Below, piece by piece: positions 10,411 to 20,100 of a DNA stretch of 55,725 nt. Origin of the DNA: a virus. Lineage: Duplodnaviria; Caudoviricetes. The translations under genes and the position numbers were made by a program. The stretch spans positions 1 to 55,725 of IMG/VR virus record IMGVR_UViG_3300040808_001540; one strand, 5' to 3'. The notes beneath the pieces are model-generated. The model was not told the DNA's origin. It ran no database searches and saw only the letters and a program-made list of their open reading frames with translations. The first letter of the stretch is position 1, and each line of letters begins with the position of its first letter.

Positions 10411-11813
10411 TCATCTGCCTCGTATTCACCTTCAAAACTTTTCAGCCAAGATCCGTTCTCCCACTTGTACTGAATTCCAGTATATGTATTAGTTATGTAC
10501 ACTGGGTCTGGTGATGAAGCAGAATCGGCTCCGTCGTTTGAGCCACTTGCATCTAGTGTTTTTTCCCAACTATTACCGTTCCAAGTAATAATATCGTTTT
10601 GGTTTGCTTTGAATATTGAACCATCTCCGTTTTGCCAAGCATTAGCATTAGCATCAGAACTGTCGCCTTTTACATTTGGATTTATATCATTAAGTATCAA
10701 ATACCTTGTTCCTGCTGTTATTGTGGTATAATCAGGTGCAAAAGTTGTAGGATCAATAATAGCATCTACGGTTCCTCTACTGTTTACACTGTCTACAAGT
10801 GTTGTATTTGCAGGTACAGTATCACTATCAATAGACAATACCATTTGTGTATCGTCTGTTGGATTCAGACTAACTGTTGCTACAACTTCATTGCCGTCAC
10901 TTTTTGTAAGTCTAATAGTGCTTGTTCCAGCAGTAAACTTACCAGGATATTGATCTAGTAATTTAAACCAACTTATCGGATCTCCGGTTGTAGTAAACGT
11001 TCCAGTTTTACTTTCATCTACACCTTCATGTGCATGTAACAAACGTGCTGTGTTATTTAGAACTAGTAATTTATAATCGCCTGGTGACTTAACAACTGTT
11101 GCTGTTGGTATAGTTGCATCAATAATTCCGTCACTGATACTTCCGCTTTCATCGAAAATATTCATAATAATTTTTTCAATAACACCAAGTTTTTTAACTT
11201 TAGCCGGAGGTGTAATCCATATAGGCATTGTAAATTCCATTTCGCCTATGTCAATTTCTGTTTCAGTTCCTTGCGGAATACTTCTAGTTGAATAGTTTAC
11301 ACTTGCTAGTTCAATTAAACTAAGTGAAGTCCAGTCAACATAGTTGTTTGTTGTTTGTATTTCTAGTGCAGGATTATATAGAACAAGTATTTGTTCCATA
11401 ATTTGTAATTTTTGATCTGTATTAGTTGACCAAATATCTGCTTTCATTCTTAGTGTAAATGGTACAGGCATTAAACGCTCTACAGTGTTACCGACGCCTT
11501 GCAAGTCTTTATAAGTTCCTGTTGCATCATCATATTCTCTATGTCTAATATGAACTTTATCAACGTGTGTTGGACTTTGTACACGTTCTCTTGCATACTC
11601 TAACCCTGTAATATAACAAGCAATACGAGGTGCACTAATAACTTTGTTTTCTGAATTATCTCTTATAATGTGTGCTACTTGACGTGTTAAGTTTCCGTAA
11701 CTAGTAGGCACTTTTCTTAAAGTACCAGCATTGTCTTTGTAACTAAAGTTACTAAATGCACGAATGAATTGTGTAACAAATCTTCTAATTTGTCCGTCGT
11801 AAAAATGTTCCAT
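10392..11813 (-). CDS. gp15: Tail completion/sheath stabiliser protein (gp15-like) with C-terminal extension
   Basis: HFYDGQIRRFVTQFIRAFSNF, PVPFTL, QIMEQILVLYNP match the T4 gp15 family; directly downstream of gp14. Confidence 0.8.
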   Translation of the reverse strand: MEHFYDGQIRRFVTQFIRAFSNFSYKDNAGTLRKVPTSYGNLTRQVAHIIRDNSENKVISAPRIACYITGLEYARERVQSPTHVDKVHIRHREYDDATGTYKDLQGVGNTVERLMPVPFTLRMKADIWSTNTDQKLQIMEQILVLYNPALEIQTTNNYVDWTSLSLIELASVNYSTRSIPQGTETEIDIGEMEFTMPIWITPPAKVKKLGVIEKIIMNIFDESGSISDGIIDATIPTATVVKSPGDYKLLVLNNTARLLHAHEGVDESKTGTFTTTGDPISWFKLLDQYPGKFTAGTSTIRLTKSDGNEVVATVSLNPTDDTQMVLSIDSDTVPANTTLVDSVNSRGTVDAIIDPTTFAPDYTTITAGTRYLILNDINPNVKGDSSDANANAWQNGDGSIFKANQNDIITWNGNSWEKTLDASGSNDGADSASSPDPVYITNTYTGIQYKWENGSWLKSFEGEYEADEWRLVL

Positions 11814-12931
11814 TAAGCGTCTGCCTCAGGTTTCAATGCAGTTGATAAAGGCTGTTTCTCTGGCTGAGTGTTGCCTTTTCTATTTGTATATGTTTCTGTA
11901 TTGTTTGTAAATTCATTAACAACACTATTTTGTACAGTGTTAGTAAGACTCATTCTTGCACCGTCATCAACTTTAATCCAATGATTGCCATCATATCTAA
12001 ACAGTCTATTAGGATAATAGTCAGTTCTTAAATGATATGCACCTTTATCAGGACTGCTAGGATAAGAAGTACCAAATGTATATGGTGAACCATTCGCTGG
12101 TAATCCGTCCCCGCCACCATATGCAATATAATAGTTTCCACTTGGTGTTTGTAGAGTTGGAGTGTTTGAACCGTCATCGACAATATTAACATCACCTGCA
12201 TCATCAGTAGGTACAACAAAATATTGGTTTGTATCATATCCTGTTTTTGGTGCATCGGCCTCTGCTTGTGCAATTACTTGTTCATTAATTTGCATTTCTT
12301 TTTCATATGTAGAAAGCACATCACGTAAGTTCTTGCCTTCTTCACCTGACTCTTTATCAAAAATATCTTTAAATTCTTGGCTGTCCATAATTGGTTTGCA
12401 TTTTGCTCTTAACAAGTGTGGATACCAAGTTTGTGAAAAGCCTTCGCTAGGACGACTTATATCTTCAATTACATAAAATCGTTTTAGTGATACTTGGAAA
12501 TCATTTAGTGCATAGTCATCTGCCAAGTGCGGTAGTTCTAATACATCGCCACTCATAAGTTTTCTACCAATCGACTCGACACTTCTGTTTAGATGGAATG
12601 TAATAAACACGGTATCGTTTTGTAAAAACATTCCAAACTGTGATAAGTCAAAATCTAAATCTTGTACATTGTAAATACCACGCAATGTATAAACATCGTC
12701 TGAATATTTTCTATCACGATTTTCTAAAAATAATAAATCCTGTATTTTAGTCTCAGGAATATCACTTACTCCTTTGGGTTGAGTTGGCGTTCCTACACCT
12801 GGCTCAACAGGACCCTCATATTTGTGAACAAATATGTCTGTTCCACCGATTTGAAATGCTTCATATACAGTCTTGTCTATAAAGCGATAATCAGCGGATT
12901 TCTCCGGTTTGTATAAACTTAATCTGGGCAT
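11813..12931 (-). CDS. gp14: Neck protein (gp14-like); start revised to ATG 12931 (MPRLSLYKP)
   Basis: FDLSQFGMFL, GDVLELP-type head-closure motifs; divergent from gp13; TAAATA upstream of the revised start. Confidence 0.65.
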   Translation of the reverse strand: MPRLSLYKPEKSADYRFIDKTVYEAFQIGGTDIFVHKYEGPVEPGVGTPTQPKGVSDIPETKIQDLLFLENRDRKYSDDVYTLRGIYNVQDLDFDLSQFGMFLQNDTVFITFHLNRSVESIGRKLMSGDVLELPHLADDYALNDFQVSLKRFYVIEDISRPSEGFSQTWYPHLLRAKCKPIMDSQEFKDIFDKESGEEGKNLRDVLSTYEKEMQINEQVIAQAEADAPKTGYDTNQYFVVPTDDAGDVNIVDDGSNTPTLQTPSGNYYIAYGGGDGLPANGSPYTFGTSYPSSPDKGAYHLRTDYYPNRLFRYDGNHWIKVDDGARMSLTNTVQNSVVNEFTNNTETYTNRKGNTQPEKQPLSTALKPEADA

Positions 12932-12939
12932 AACAAATG

Positions 12940-12968
12940 TATTTATTGGAATGACGATCGAATAAATA
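12940..12968. promoter_or_regulatory. Divergent late promoters for gp14 (minus, TAAATA at 12940-12945) and gp13 (plus, AATAAATA at 12961-12968)
   Basis: Two TAAATA cores back to back in the 42-bp intergenic gap. Confidence 0.7.
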
Positions 12969-12973
12969 ATAGC

Positions 12974-13735
12974 ATGAGCACACAATTAGATACCGCAAAA
13001 ACAAAACTGTTTAATTACGTCAAGAAGTTGCTAGGTGACGGTATGATTGACGTTGAACTAGATGTTGATCACTACGAAGTAGCACTAGAGAAAGCACTTG
13101 GCAAATATAGACAAAGAGCAGAAAATGCTGTAGAAGAATCTTACGCATTTTTAGAATTAAAAGAAGACACTAACGATTACATACTTCCAAATGAAATACA
13201 AAGTGTCAAAGAAGTGTTTCGCAGAAGTATTGGGTCAAGAAGCGGTGGTGGTCAAGGTGGTACAATATTTGAACCATTCAACCTTGCATACACAAACACC
13301 TATCTATTAAGTTCTACGCAAATGGGCGGGTTGGCAACTTATATGGCCTTTGCTGGATATCAAGAACTTGTAGGTAAAATGTTTGGCTCTTTTATTAACT
13401 TTAAATTTGATCCAGTTAATCACAAACTAACAATAATGCAAAGACCTAGAGGCGATGAAGAAGTTATGTTAGCGGTGTACAATCAACGACCAGACTTTAT
13501 TTTACTAAGTGATCCTTATGCAGGACAATGGTTAAAAGATTATACACTTGCAACGTGCAAATACATGATTGGTGAAGCACGTGGCAAATTTGCTACAATT
13601 TCAACACCGCAAGGAGGTACTTCATTAAACGGAGACGCACTCAAAGCGGATGCACAATCGGATATTGAGAAGTTAGAACAAGATTTGGCAAACTATGTTG
13701 ACGGTTCTACTCCATTATCGTTTGTTATTGGATAA
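12974..13735 (+). CDS. gp13: Neck/head-tail adaptor protein (gp13-like)
   Basis: LG..MIDVEL, WLKDYTLA..K..IGEARGKF..I..PQGG.SLNG, terminal PLSFVIG typical of gp13. Confidence 0.85.
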   Translation: MSTQLDTAKTKLFNYVKKLLGDGMIDVELDVDHYEVALEKALGKYRQRAENAVEESYAFLELKEDTNDYILPNEIQSVKEVFRRSIGSRSGGGQGGTIFEPFNLAYTNTYLLSSTQMGGLATYMAFAGYQELVGKMFGSFINFKFDPVNHKLTIMQRPRGDEEVMLAVYNQRPDFILLSDPYAGQWLKDYTLATCKYMIGEARGKFATISTPQGGTSLNGDALKADAQSDIEKLEQDLANYVDGSTPLSFVIG

Positions 13736-13741
13736 AAACAC

Positions 13742-13770
13742 TTGACTTTTTTATTCACCTAGTATATAAT
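13742..13770 (+). promoter_or_regulatory. Sigma70-type (early) promoter for dNMP kinase
   Basis: TTGACT (13742-13747), 17-nt spacer, TATAAT (13765-13770). Confidence 0.75.
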
Positions 13771-13800
13771 AAACTTTTACATGGGATATATAAACTTACT

Positions 13801-14463
13801 ATGATTGTTGGTTTCGTTGGCCTGATTGGCTCTGGAAAAGATACCTGTGCTGACACCCTTGTTAGCGAAGGTGGGTATAAACGTGTTAGTTTTGCCACTA
13901 CACTTAAAGATGCTGTTTCTGCTGTATTTGGTTGGGACCGAGAAGCACTAGAAGGAAACACAGAAGAATCACGTGCATGGCGTGAAGAAGTAGATGAATG
14001 GTGGGCAGAAAAACTAGAAATGCCAAAACTTACTCCACGTTGGATATTGCAATATTGGGGTACAGATGTTCTACGTAAAGGTTTTCATGACGATATATGG
14101 ATTGCTAGTTTAGAAAGCAAACTGCTACAAATGAAGCAAGATGCTGTTATTAGCGATGTACGTTTCCCTAACGAAATTAAAATGATCAAAAGACTGCGTG
14201 GTAAAGTATACCGTATCAAACGTGGGCCTAATCCTATATGGTTCGATGATGCTATTAAACAAAACGAACATAATAAAGAAGCACTAGTTACTAAGAATAT
14301 GATACTTACTGATAAGATGAAAGAGCAACACCCAGATGTGCATATTAGTGAATATGCTTGGGTAGGTGAAAAAGTTGACGGTGTTATTGAGAATGATGGG
14401 ACTTTAGAAGATCTAGGTAACGCTGTTAGAAGTCAGGTGTTAGGTCTCCCTGCTTCCAAGTAA
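13801..14463 (+). CDS. Deoxynucleoside monophosphate kinase (T4 gp1-like)
   Basis: GLIGSGKDT P-loop, SFA..LKD, TPR.ILQ.WGTD..R, ISDVRFPNE, H.SE, NDGTLEDL. Confidence 0.9.
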   Translation: MIVGFVGLIGSGKDTCADTLVSEGGYKRVSFATTLKDAVSAVFGWDREALEGNTEESRAWREEVDEWWAEKLEMPKLTPRWILQYWGTDVLRKGFHDDIWIASLESKLLQMKQDAVISDVRFPNEIKMIKRLRGKVYRIKRGPNPIWFDDAIKQNEHNKEALVTKNMILTDKMKEQHPDVHISEYAWVGEKVDGVIENDGTLEDLGNAVRSQVLGLPASK

Positions 14464-14764
14464 CACCTGTTTTTTGCATAATTCTTTGACAGTTAGCACA
14501 AATAGTTTTTAAGTTGCTATGCTTACAATTAGTTAAGTTTCCGTCTATATGATACACATTGAACTGTTCAGTGTGTTTGCTTGAATATCCACACTTATCA
14601 CACTTGTCTTTTTGACGATATCCTGCTTTATGCCAAAACGGTATTCCGGGTGATCTGCCACTAGCACAACGATCACATTTACTTCTATAGTATGGTGTTT
14701 TGCCCTTGTAATAGTTAATAGCAACTGGGCGTTTCTTGCATTGCTTACATAAAGACCTAGTCAT
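14426..14764 (-). CDS. Zinc-finger HNH endonuclease-like protein; start revised to ATG 14764
   Basis: CxxC pairs (CKQC, CDRC, CDKC, CANC) and HIDGNLTN....NL; TAAATA 5 nt upstream of the revised ATG. Confidence 0.7.
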   Translation of the reverse strand: MTRSLCKQCKKRPVAINYYKGKTPYYRSKCDRCASGRSPGIPFWHKAGYRQKDKCDKCGYSSKHTEQFNVYHIDGNLTNCKHSNLKTICANCQRIMQKTGVTWKQGDLTPDF

Positions 14765-14833
14765 AACTGTATTTATCACGCCCTTTTCAACCCCTTTTCA
14801 TACGTATATTAAGTAGCATTTTTCCTAGATCTG

Positions 14834-14841
14834 TATAAATA
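14834..14841 (+). promoter_or_regulatory. T4 late promoter TATAAATA for tail sheath
   Basis: Exact T4 late consensus, followed by AAGGAG and ATG 14880. Confidence 0.8.
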
Positions 14842-14879
14842 CTTTTAGAAATACTAAAACCATACAAGGAGTATATAAC

Positions 14880-17800
14880 ATGGCACTATCATCACCCGGA
14901 GTTGAAGTTAGCGTAATCGATGAAAGTTTCTATACCCCAGCCGCTGGTGCTACAACACCTTTAATTGTTGTTGCTACTGCTGAAAGCAAACCATCAGGCA
15001 CAGGGACAGGAACTGCGGCAGGTACACTAGCATCAAACAAAAATAAAGTTTACTTAATTACCAGTCAGAGAGAGTTAACAGAAACCTTTGGTAATCCAAC
15101 TTTCTATACAGACACTTCTAATAACCCACTACATGGTAACGAATTAAATGAGTATGGTTTACAGGCGGCTTATTCATACCTAGGCGTGGCTAACAGAGCG
15201 TATGTTGTAAGAGCGAATGTAGACTTAGGAAAATTACAAGGATCAAACGATGCACCAGCAGGTGCTCCAGCAGACGGAACTTATTGGTTCGACACTGACG
15301 ATTCTTTATATGGATTATTCCAATGGAATGGTTCTACACAAACATTTACAAATAAAACACCAACTGTTATTGGTGCATCATCAGATCTTACAGGAGTAAG
15401 TGGTGCAACATACACAGGTGTTAAAGGAAGCGTTGGCGCAAAAGGCGACTATGCTGTTGTTACTTGGAATACAGAAAACAAAGTTTGGTACAAAAATGAA
15501 GATAACATTTGGGTACAAGTTGGTTCATATGACGAGTCAGCATTTGATGCGGTAGGATTTGCTACATCAACTACTTGGAACTCAACTACTTGGAAAACAA
15601 GTTGGCCAACAATTACTGCTACACTAACACCAAGTGCATTAGGAAGCACAAACGTTATTATTAACAATACACAGGTTAACAATGCAGGTTCAACACCAGC
15701 AACATTTGTACAAGCAATTAACGATGCGGCTATTCCAGGTGTTGGTGCTAAACTTGATGCTAATGATAGAGTTAAAATCTACTCAGACGGAACTTCAAGC
15801 ACAGATGGTACAACTACTGACGGTGCTATTTTAATTGAAGAAGGTTCAGGACAAATTTTAACTGACTTAGGTATTACAGCAGGATATTTCCATTCACCAG
15901 AACTACAAATTTCAGCACACAGTTCAGTTCCATTATGGAGAGCAACTGACAGGGTTGAAGTTGGTGGAACAGGTTACAGTGGATTAAGACCTACTGGTTC
16001 TGTTTACATGAAAACTACTACACCTAATTTAGGTGCAAGTTTAAAAGTTAAATTATACAGCACAGGTACAGGCTTATGGTCAACTGTTGCAACACCAATT
16101 TACAACAGTGCGGCAGAAGCAATTAAAGCACTTGATTCCGAGGGTGGAAAAAATATTCCAACTGGAACATTATTTGCTTTAGCAAACACAACTGAAGACT
16201 CAAAACAAATTGCAGACTTCAAATTGCACAGAAGACTAATTCCAAGTCCTACAAGTGCAACTGGTAGTGTTGCTAACCCAACTATTAGTGCTGGTACAAA
16301 AACATTTACAATCGCTGAAACAACAGCAGGTGCAACAGCATTTACAAGTGCAAGTGTAAGTTTCACAGGCACTGATGCAGATGCACTAGTTGAAGCAATC
16401 AGTGACGCAGGATTAACAAACGTGGTTGCAGAAGTTACTGCAAACGGAAATGTTAAAATTAGTCACACAGTTGGCGGCGAAATTAGATTAACAGACGGAA
16501 ATGGTACTCCGTTAGCAACAGCAGGCTTTACAAGTTCAGTTGACAACGTTTATGACGCTGGTAGCCAAGCAAGTGAAGACCTAGTTATTTCTAACTGGAA
16601 GCCATTAAGTTATGAAGCAAAAGCAGGTGCACCTACAAGTGATCCAGAAAATGGAACACTATGGTATAATACTACACTTGATGAAGTAGATATTATGGTA
16701 CACGATGGTACTACATGGAGAGGCTATAACAAAGTATATAGTGATGCTGATCCTAAAGGCCCTATTGTTTCAGCAACTGAGCCTACACAACAGTCAGACG
16801 GAACTTCACTAGTAAATGGTGATCTTTGGATTGACTCAGGCAACACTGAAACTTATGGACAAAAGATTTACAAATACGATGGCTTAAATCTAGAATGGGC
16901 GGCTGTTGATGTAGCAGACCAAACTTCAGAAGATGGTATCTTATTTGCTGATGCACGTTATGGTGAAACAGGTGTAACTGGTGATACTAAAGCAGACATT
17001 GAAGATATGCTTGTAAGTGATTACTTAGATCCAGACGCTCCAGATCCAGCATTATATCCAAGAGGTATGTTGCTATGGAACACTAGACGTTCAGGAAACA
17101 ATGTTAAAATCTTTAGAACTACACACATTGATATTAACGAAAACTCAGGTAGGAATAAGAGATTCCAAGGTACTGGCGCTGTTTACGATGGCGGATCAGA
17201 CGAGGCAATGGCTTCTTACAAAGTTAATAGATGGGTTGGTTGGAATACAACTGCTGAAGATGGTTCAGGATTGTTTGGTCGTAAAGCACAACGTAAAACA
17301 GTTGTTGCGGCACTAAAATCACAAATTGATACCAACGACGATCTAAGAGATGAAGAAACAAGAGCATACACATTGTTAGCGGCTCCTGGTTATCCAGAAC
17401 TAACAAGCAACCTTGTAAATCTAAACATTGACAGAGGAATTACTGGCTTTGTTGTAGCAGATACTCCATTTAGATTATCAGCAAGTGCAACTACGTTACA
17501 AAATTATGGTAACAACACAGGTAATGCACTAGCAGATGGTGAAGATGGATTTGTAACATATGATGAGTATATGGCAACATTTTATCCATCAGGATTTACA
17601 ACAGACTTAACTGGTAACAACATTGTTGTTCCACCAAGTCACATGATGCTTAAAACTATTGCACTGAGCGATCAGGTATCGTTCCCATGGTTTGCACCAG
17701 CAGGTACAAGACGTGGTGGTATTAGCAACGCTTCAAGTGTTGGTTATATTAATGATGAAGGTGAATTTACACCAGTATCATTAAACGACGGTACAAGAGA

Positions 17801-18227
17801 TACAATGCAAGGTGCTAAGATTAACCCAATCACATTCATTACTGGAAGTGGATTGGTTAACTTTGGACAAGTTACAAGAGCAAGAAACGCAAGTGCATTA
17901 GATAGAATTAACGTAGCACGTTTAACAGCGTACCTAAGACGTCAATTAAATCTACTTGCTAAACCGTTCTTGTTTGAACCAAACGATAAGATTACACGTG
18001 ATGAGATCAAACAAGCGGCAGAAAGTTTATTGCTTGAATTAGTAGGTCAAAGAGCACTATACGACTTCCTAGTTGTATGTGATGAAACTAACAACACACC
18101 AAGCAGAATTGATAGAAATGAACTTTACTTAGACATTGCTATTGAACCTGTCAAGGCTGTTGAATTTATCTACATACCATTACGCTTAAAGAACACAGGC
18201 GAAATAGCAACTTTGGGGGCTCAATAA
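14880..18227 (+). CDS. gp18: Tail sheath protein (enlarged, 1115 aa)
   Basis: N-terminal LSSPGVEVSVIDES, FGNP; C-terminal PWFAPAG..RG, INPI, ALDRINV.RL, FEPND..TR, VCDETNNTP..IDRNEL..DI.IEPVKAVEFI. Confidence 0.95.
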   Translation: MALSSPGVEVSVIDESFYTPAAGATTPLIVVATAESKPSGTGTGTAAGTLASNKNKVYLITSQRELTETFGNPTFYTDTSNNPLHGNELNEYGLQAAYSYLGVANRAYVVRANVDLGKLQGSNDAPAGAPADGTYWFDTDDSLYGLFQWNGSTQTFTNKTPTVIGASSDLTGVSGATYTGVKGSVGAKGDYAVVTWNTENKVWYKNEDNIWVQVGSYDESAFDAVGFATSTTWNSTTWKTSWPTITATLTPSALGSTNVIINNTQVNNAGSTPATFVQAINDAAIPGVGAKLDANDRVKIYSDGTSSTDGTTTDGAILIEEGSGQILTDLGITAGYFHSPELQISAHSSVPLWRATDRVEVGGTGYSGLRPTGSVYMKTTTPNLGASLKVKLYSTGTGLWSTVATPIYNSAAEAIKALDSEGGKNIPTGTLFALANTTEDSKQIADFKLHRRLIPSPTSATGSVANPTISAGTKTFTIAETTAGATAFTSASVSFTGTDADALVEAISDAGLTNVVAEVTANGNVKISHTVGGEIRLTDGNGTPLATAGFTSSVDNVYDAGSQASEDLVISNWKPLSYEAKAGAPTSDPENGTLWYNTTLDEVDIMVHDGTTWRGYNKVYSDADPKGPIVSATEPTQQSDGTSLVNGDLWIDSGNTETYGQKIYKYDGLNLEWAAVDVADQTSEDGILFADARYGETGVTGDTKADIEDMLVSDYLDPDAPDPALYPRGMLLWNTRRSGNNVKIFRTTHIDINENSGRNKRFQGTGAVYDGGSDEAMASYKVNRWVGWNTTAEDGSGLFGRKAQRKTVVAALKSQIDTNDDLRDEETRAYTLLAAPGYPELTSNLVNLNIDRGITGFVVADTPFRLSASATTLQNYGNNTGNALADGEDGFVTYDEYMATFYPSGFTTDLTGNNIVVPPSHMMLKTIALSDQVSFPWFAPAGTRRGGISNASSVGYINDEGEFTPVSLNDGTRDTMQGAKINPITFITGSGLVNFGQVTRARNASALDRINVARLTAYLRRQLNLLAKPFLFEPNDKITRDEIKQAAESLLLELVGQRALYDFLVVCDETNNTPSRIDRNELYLDIAIEPVKAVEFIYIPLRLKNTGEIATLGAQ

Positions 18228-18232
18228 TGAAG

Positions 18233-18239
18233 ATAAATA
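18233..18239 (+). promoter_or_regulatory. Late promoter (ATAAATA) for tail tube
   Basis: TAAATA core in the gap, then AGGAG and ATG 18262. Confidence 0.6.
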
Positions 18240-18261
18240 AAACTGTAAAAGGAGCAAGATA

Positions 18262-18888
18262 ATGGCAATTTCAAGTTTAAGTAGATTTACAGTTCCATTA
18301 GCAAGTGACCAGTCAGCATCCACCCAAGGTTTGTTGATGCCAAAACTAAAGTATCGCTTTAGAGTATCACTTGAAAATTTTGGTGCTGGAAGTCCGAGTG
18401 TAGAATTAACAAAGCAGGTTATTGATGTAACAAGACCTAATGTAAACTTTGAATCTGTAGCAATTGATGTCTACAACTCAAAAGTTTACTATGCAGGTAA
18501 ACATACATGGCAACCAATCACAATCACTCTAAGAGATGATGTGAACAACTCAGTTAACAAACTGTGCGGTGAGCAACTTCAGAAGCAATTTGACTTCTTC
18601 GAACAGTCAAGTGCGGCATCTGGTGTTGATTACAAGTTCAAAGGTAGAATCGAAATACTTGATGGTGGTAATGGCGCTAATGCTCCTAGCGTACTTGAAA
18701 CTTTCGAGTTAGTAGGTTGCTTTGTTCAAGATATTAACTACAACCAGTTATCATACAGTGATTCAAATCCAGTTGATATTCAACTACAAATCCAATATGA
18801 TAATGCTATTCAAACTAATGGTGCAGGTCAACCAAGCGGCTTAGGCGGCGCAATTGGCAGAACAATTAGAACGTTAGCAACAGGTTAA
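18262..18888 (+). CDS. gp19: Tail tube protein
   Basis: Follows sheath; PKLKYRFRV, RP.V.FE, YAGK..WQPITITLRDD, LQIQYDNA tube-fold pattern. Confidence 0.88.
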   Translation: MAISSLSRFTVPLASDQSASTQGLLMPKLKYRFRVSLENFGAGSPSVELTKQVIDVTRPNVNFESVAIDVYNSKVYYAGKHTWQPITITLRDDVNNSVNKLCGEQLQKQFDFFEQSSAASGVDYKFKGRIEILDGGNGANAPSVLETFELVGCFVQDINYNQLSYSDSNPVDIQLQIQYDNAIQTNGAGQPSGLGGAIGRTIRTLATG

Positions 18889-18906
18889 TAAAAACTTTTA
18901 AAATTT

Positions 18907-18941
18907 AAGGTCGGAGACGTAAAAATCTCCGGCCTTTTTTT
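18907..18941 (+). terminator. Rho-independent terminator after tail tube
   Basis: AAGGTCGGAGA / TCTCCGGCCTT 11-bp stem (one G-U), 8-nt loop, followed by a T run. Confidence 0.85.
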
Positions 18942-18957
18942 ACGACTAAATAATAGT

Positions 18958-20097
18958 ATGGCAAAGTTAACAAAGTTTTTAGGAAACGTATTCAACGGTA
19001 TATTCGGAAGTGAAGGCGACATGCGTGATTATCAACACGCGGCTCGTTTGTTTACTGATGACTACATGCGTCTTGCACCTAAGGTTGGATTTTTATATCA
19101 TGTAACATTTAATATTAATAATATTGCGTTACGATCACCAGATGCTAGTTTTAACAGAGCAAGTCCACAAATTGAATGCGGTATGCTAGTTAAGGATGTG
19201 AAATTACCTGGAATACAAGTACAAACAGATACAAAAAATCAATACGGTAAAAAAACAAATTACCAAACAGCAGTAACATACGCACCTGTTACAATTAATT
19301 TTCATGATGACAATGACGGACTAACCAATGCGTTCTGGCAACAATATTTTAAAGCAAACTACAACGATAGTTTATATTGGCAGGAACTTTATAAGCAAAC
19401 ACCTTATCAAGGATCAGAGCAATATGTTAAGTTTGGTTTAAACAGTGATAGAAATAAAAACTTCTTTCAAAATGAAGGTGTTAGCATATATCAATTAGCA
19501 CGTCATAGATTTTTTGAATTTACACTAATTAATCCTATGATACAAAGTTGGGATCCGCCAAACATGACTGCTGGTAGTTCACAACCTGTAGAGAATCAAA
19601 TGACTGTTATCTATGAAGGTGTAAAATATGCAACAGGCAGGATTACTACTGATAATCCTACAGGATTTGCAACACTGCACTACGATAGAACTCCTTCACC
19701 GTTAAGTGTAATGGGAGGAGGAACAGCAGGATTTTTTGGAGCAAATGGTGTACTTGCAGGAGGCTTAGATGTATTCGGAGATGTTGCAAGTGGTGATGCT
19801 TTTGCAAATCCATTTGCATTTATTGGTACTGCAATTAAAGCCAAGAACACAATTGATAATGCAAAACAGTTAACTAAAGAAGGTGTACGTAACGAAATCC
19901 AAGGCATTACAGAAAAAAGTTTAATAAGAACTGCTAGACAAACAATTGATCAAAAAGGTGCTGACAAGTTTGATGCGGCAAAACGTACTAAAGCAGAATC
20001 CGGCAATCCATCCGGAACTGCATCTGGTCAATTAGAAAACAATCAACAAGGTGCCGGGAATAATGATACTACAAATCAAGAAACCGTTGGAAGATAA
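18958..20097 (+). CDS. Tube-fold baseplate/tail-tube junction protein (gp54/gp48-like)
   Basis: VKDVKLP......NQYGKK......Y.PVTINFHDD and terminal TVIYE echo the gp19 fold; position after the tube gene; CTAAATA 5 nt before ATG. Confidence 0.65.
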   Translation: MAKLTKFLGNVFNGIFGSEGDMRDYQHAARLFTDDYMRLAPKVGFLYHVTFNINNIALRSPDASFNRASPQIECGMLVKDVKLPGIQVQTDTKNQYGKKTNYQTAVTYAPVTINFHDDNDGLTNAFWQQYFKANYNDSLYWQELYKQTPYQGSEQYVKFGLNSDRNKNFFQNEGVSIYQLARHRFFEFTLINPMIQSWDPPNMTAGSSQPVENQMTVIYEGVKYATGRITTDNPTGFATLHYDRTPSPLSVMGGGTAGFFGANGVLAGGLDVFGDVASGDAFANPFAFIGTAIKAKNTIDNAKQLTKEGVRNEIQGITEKSLIRTARQTIDQKGADKFDAAKRTKAESGNPSGTASGQLENNQQGAGNNDTTNQETVGR

Positions 20098-20100
20098 AAA

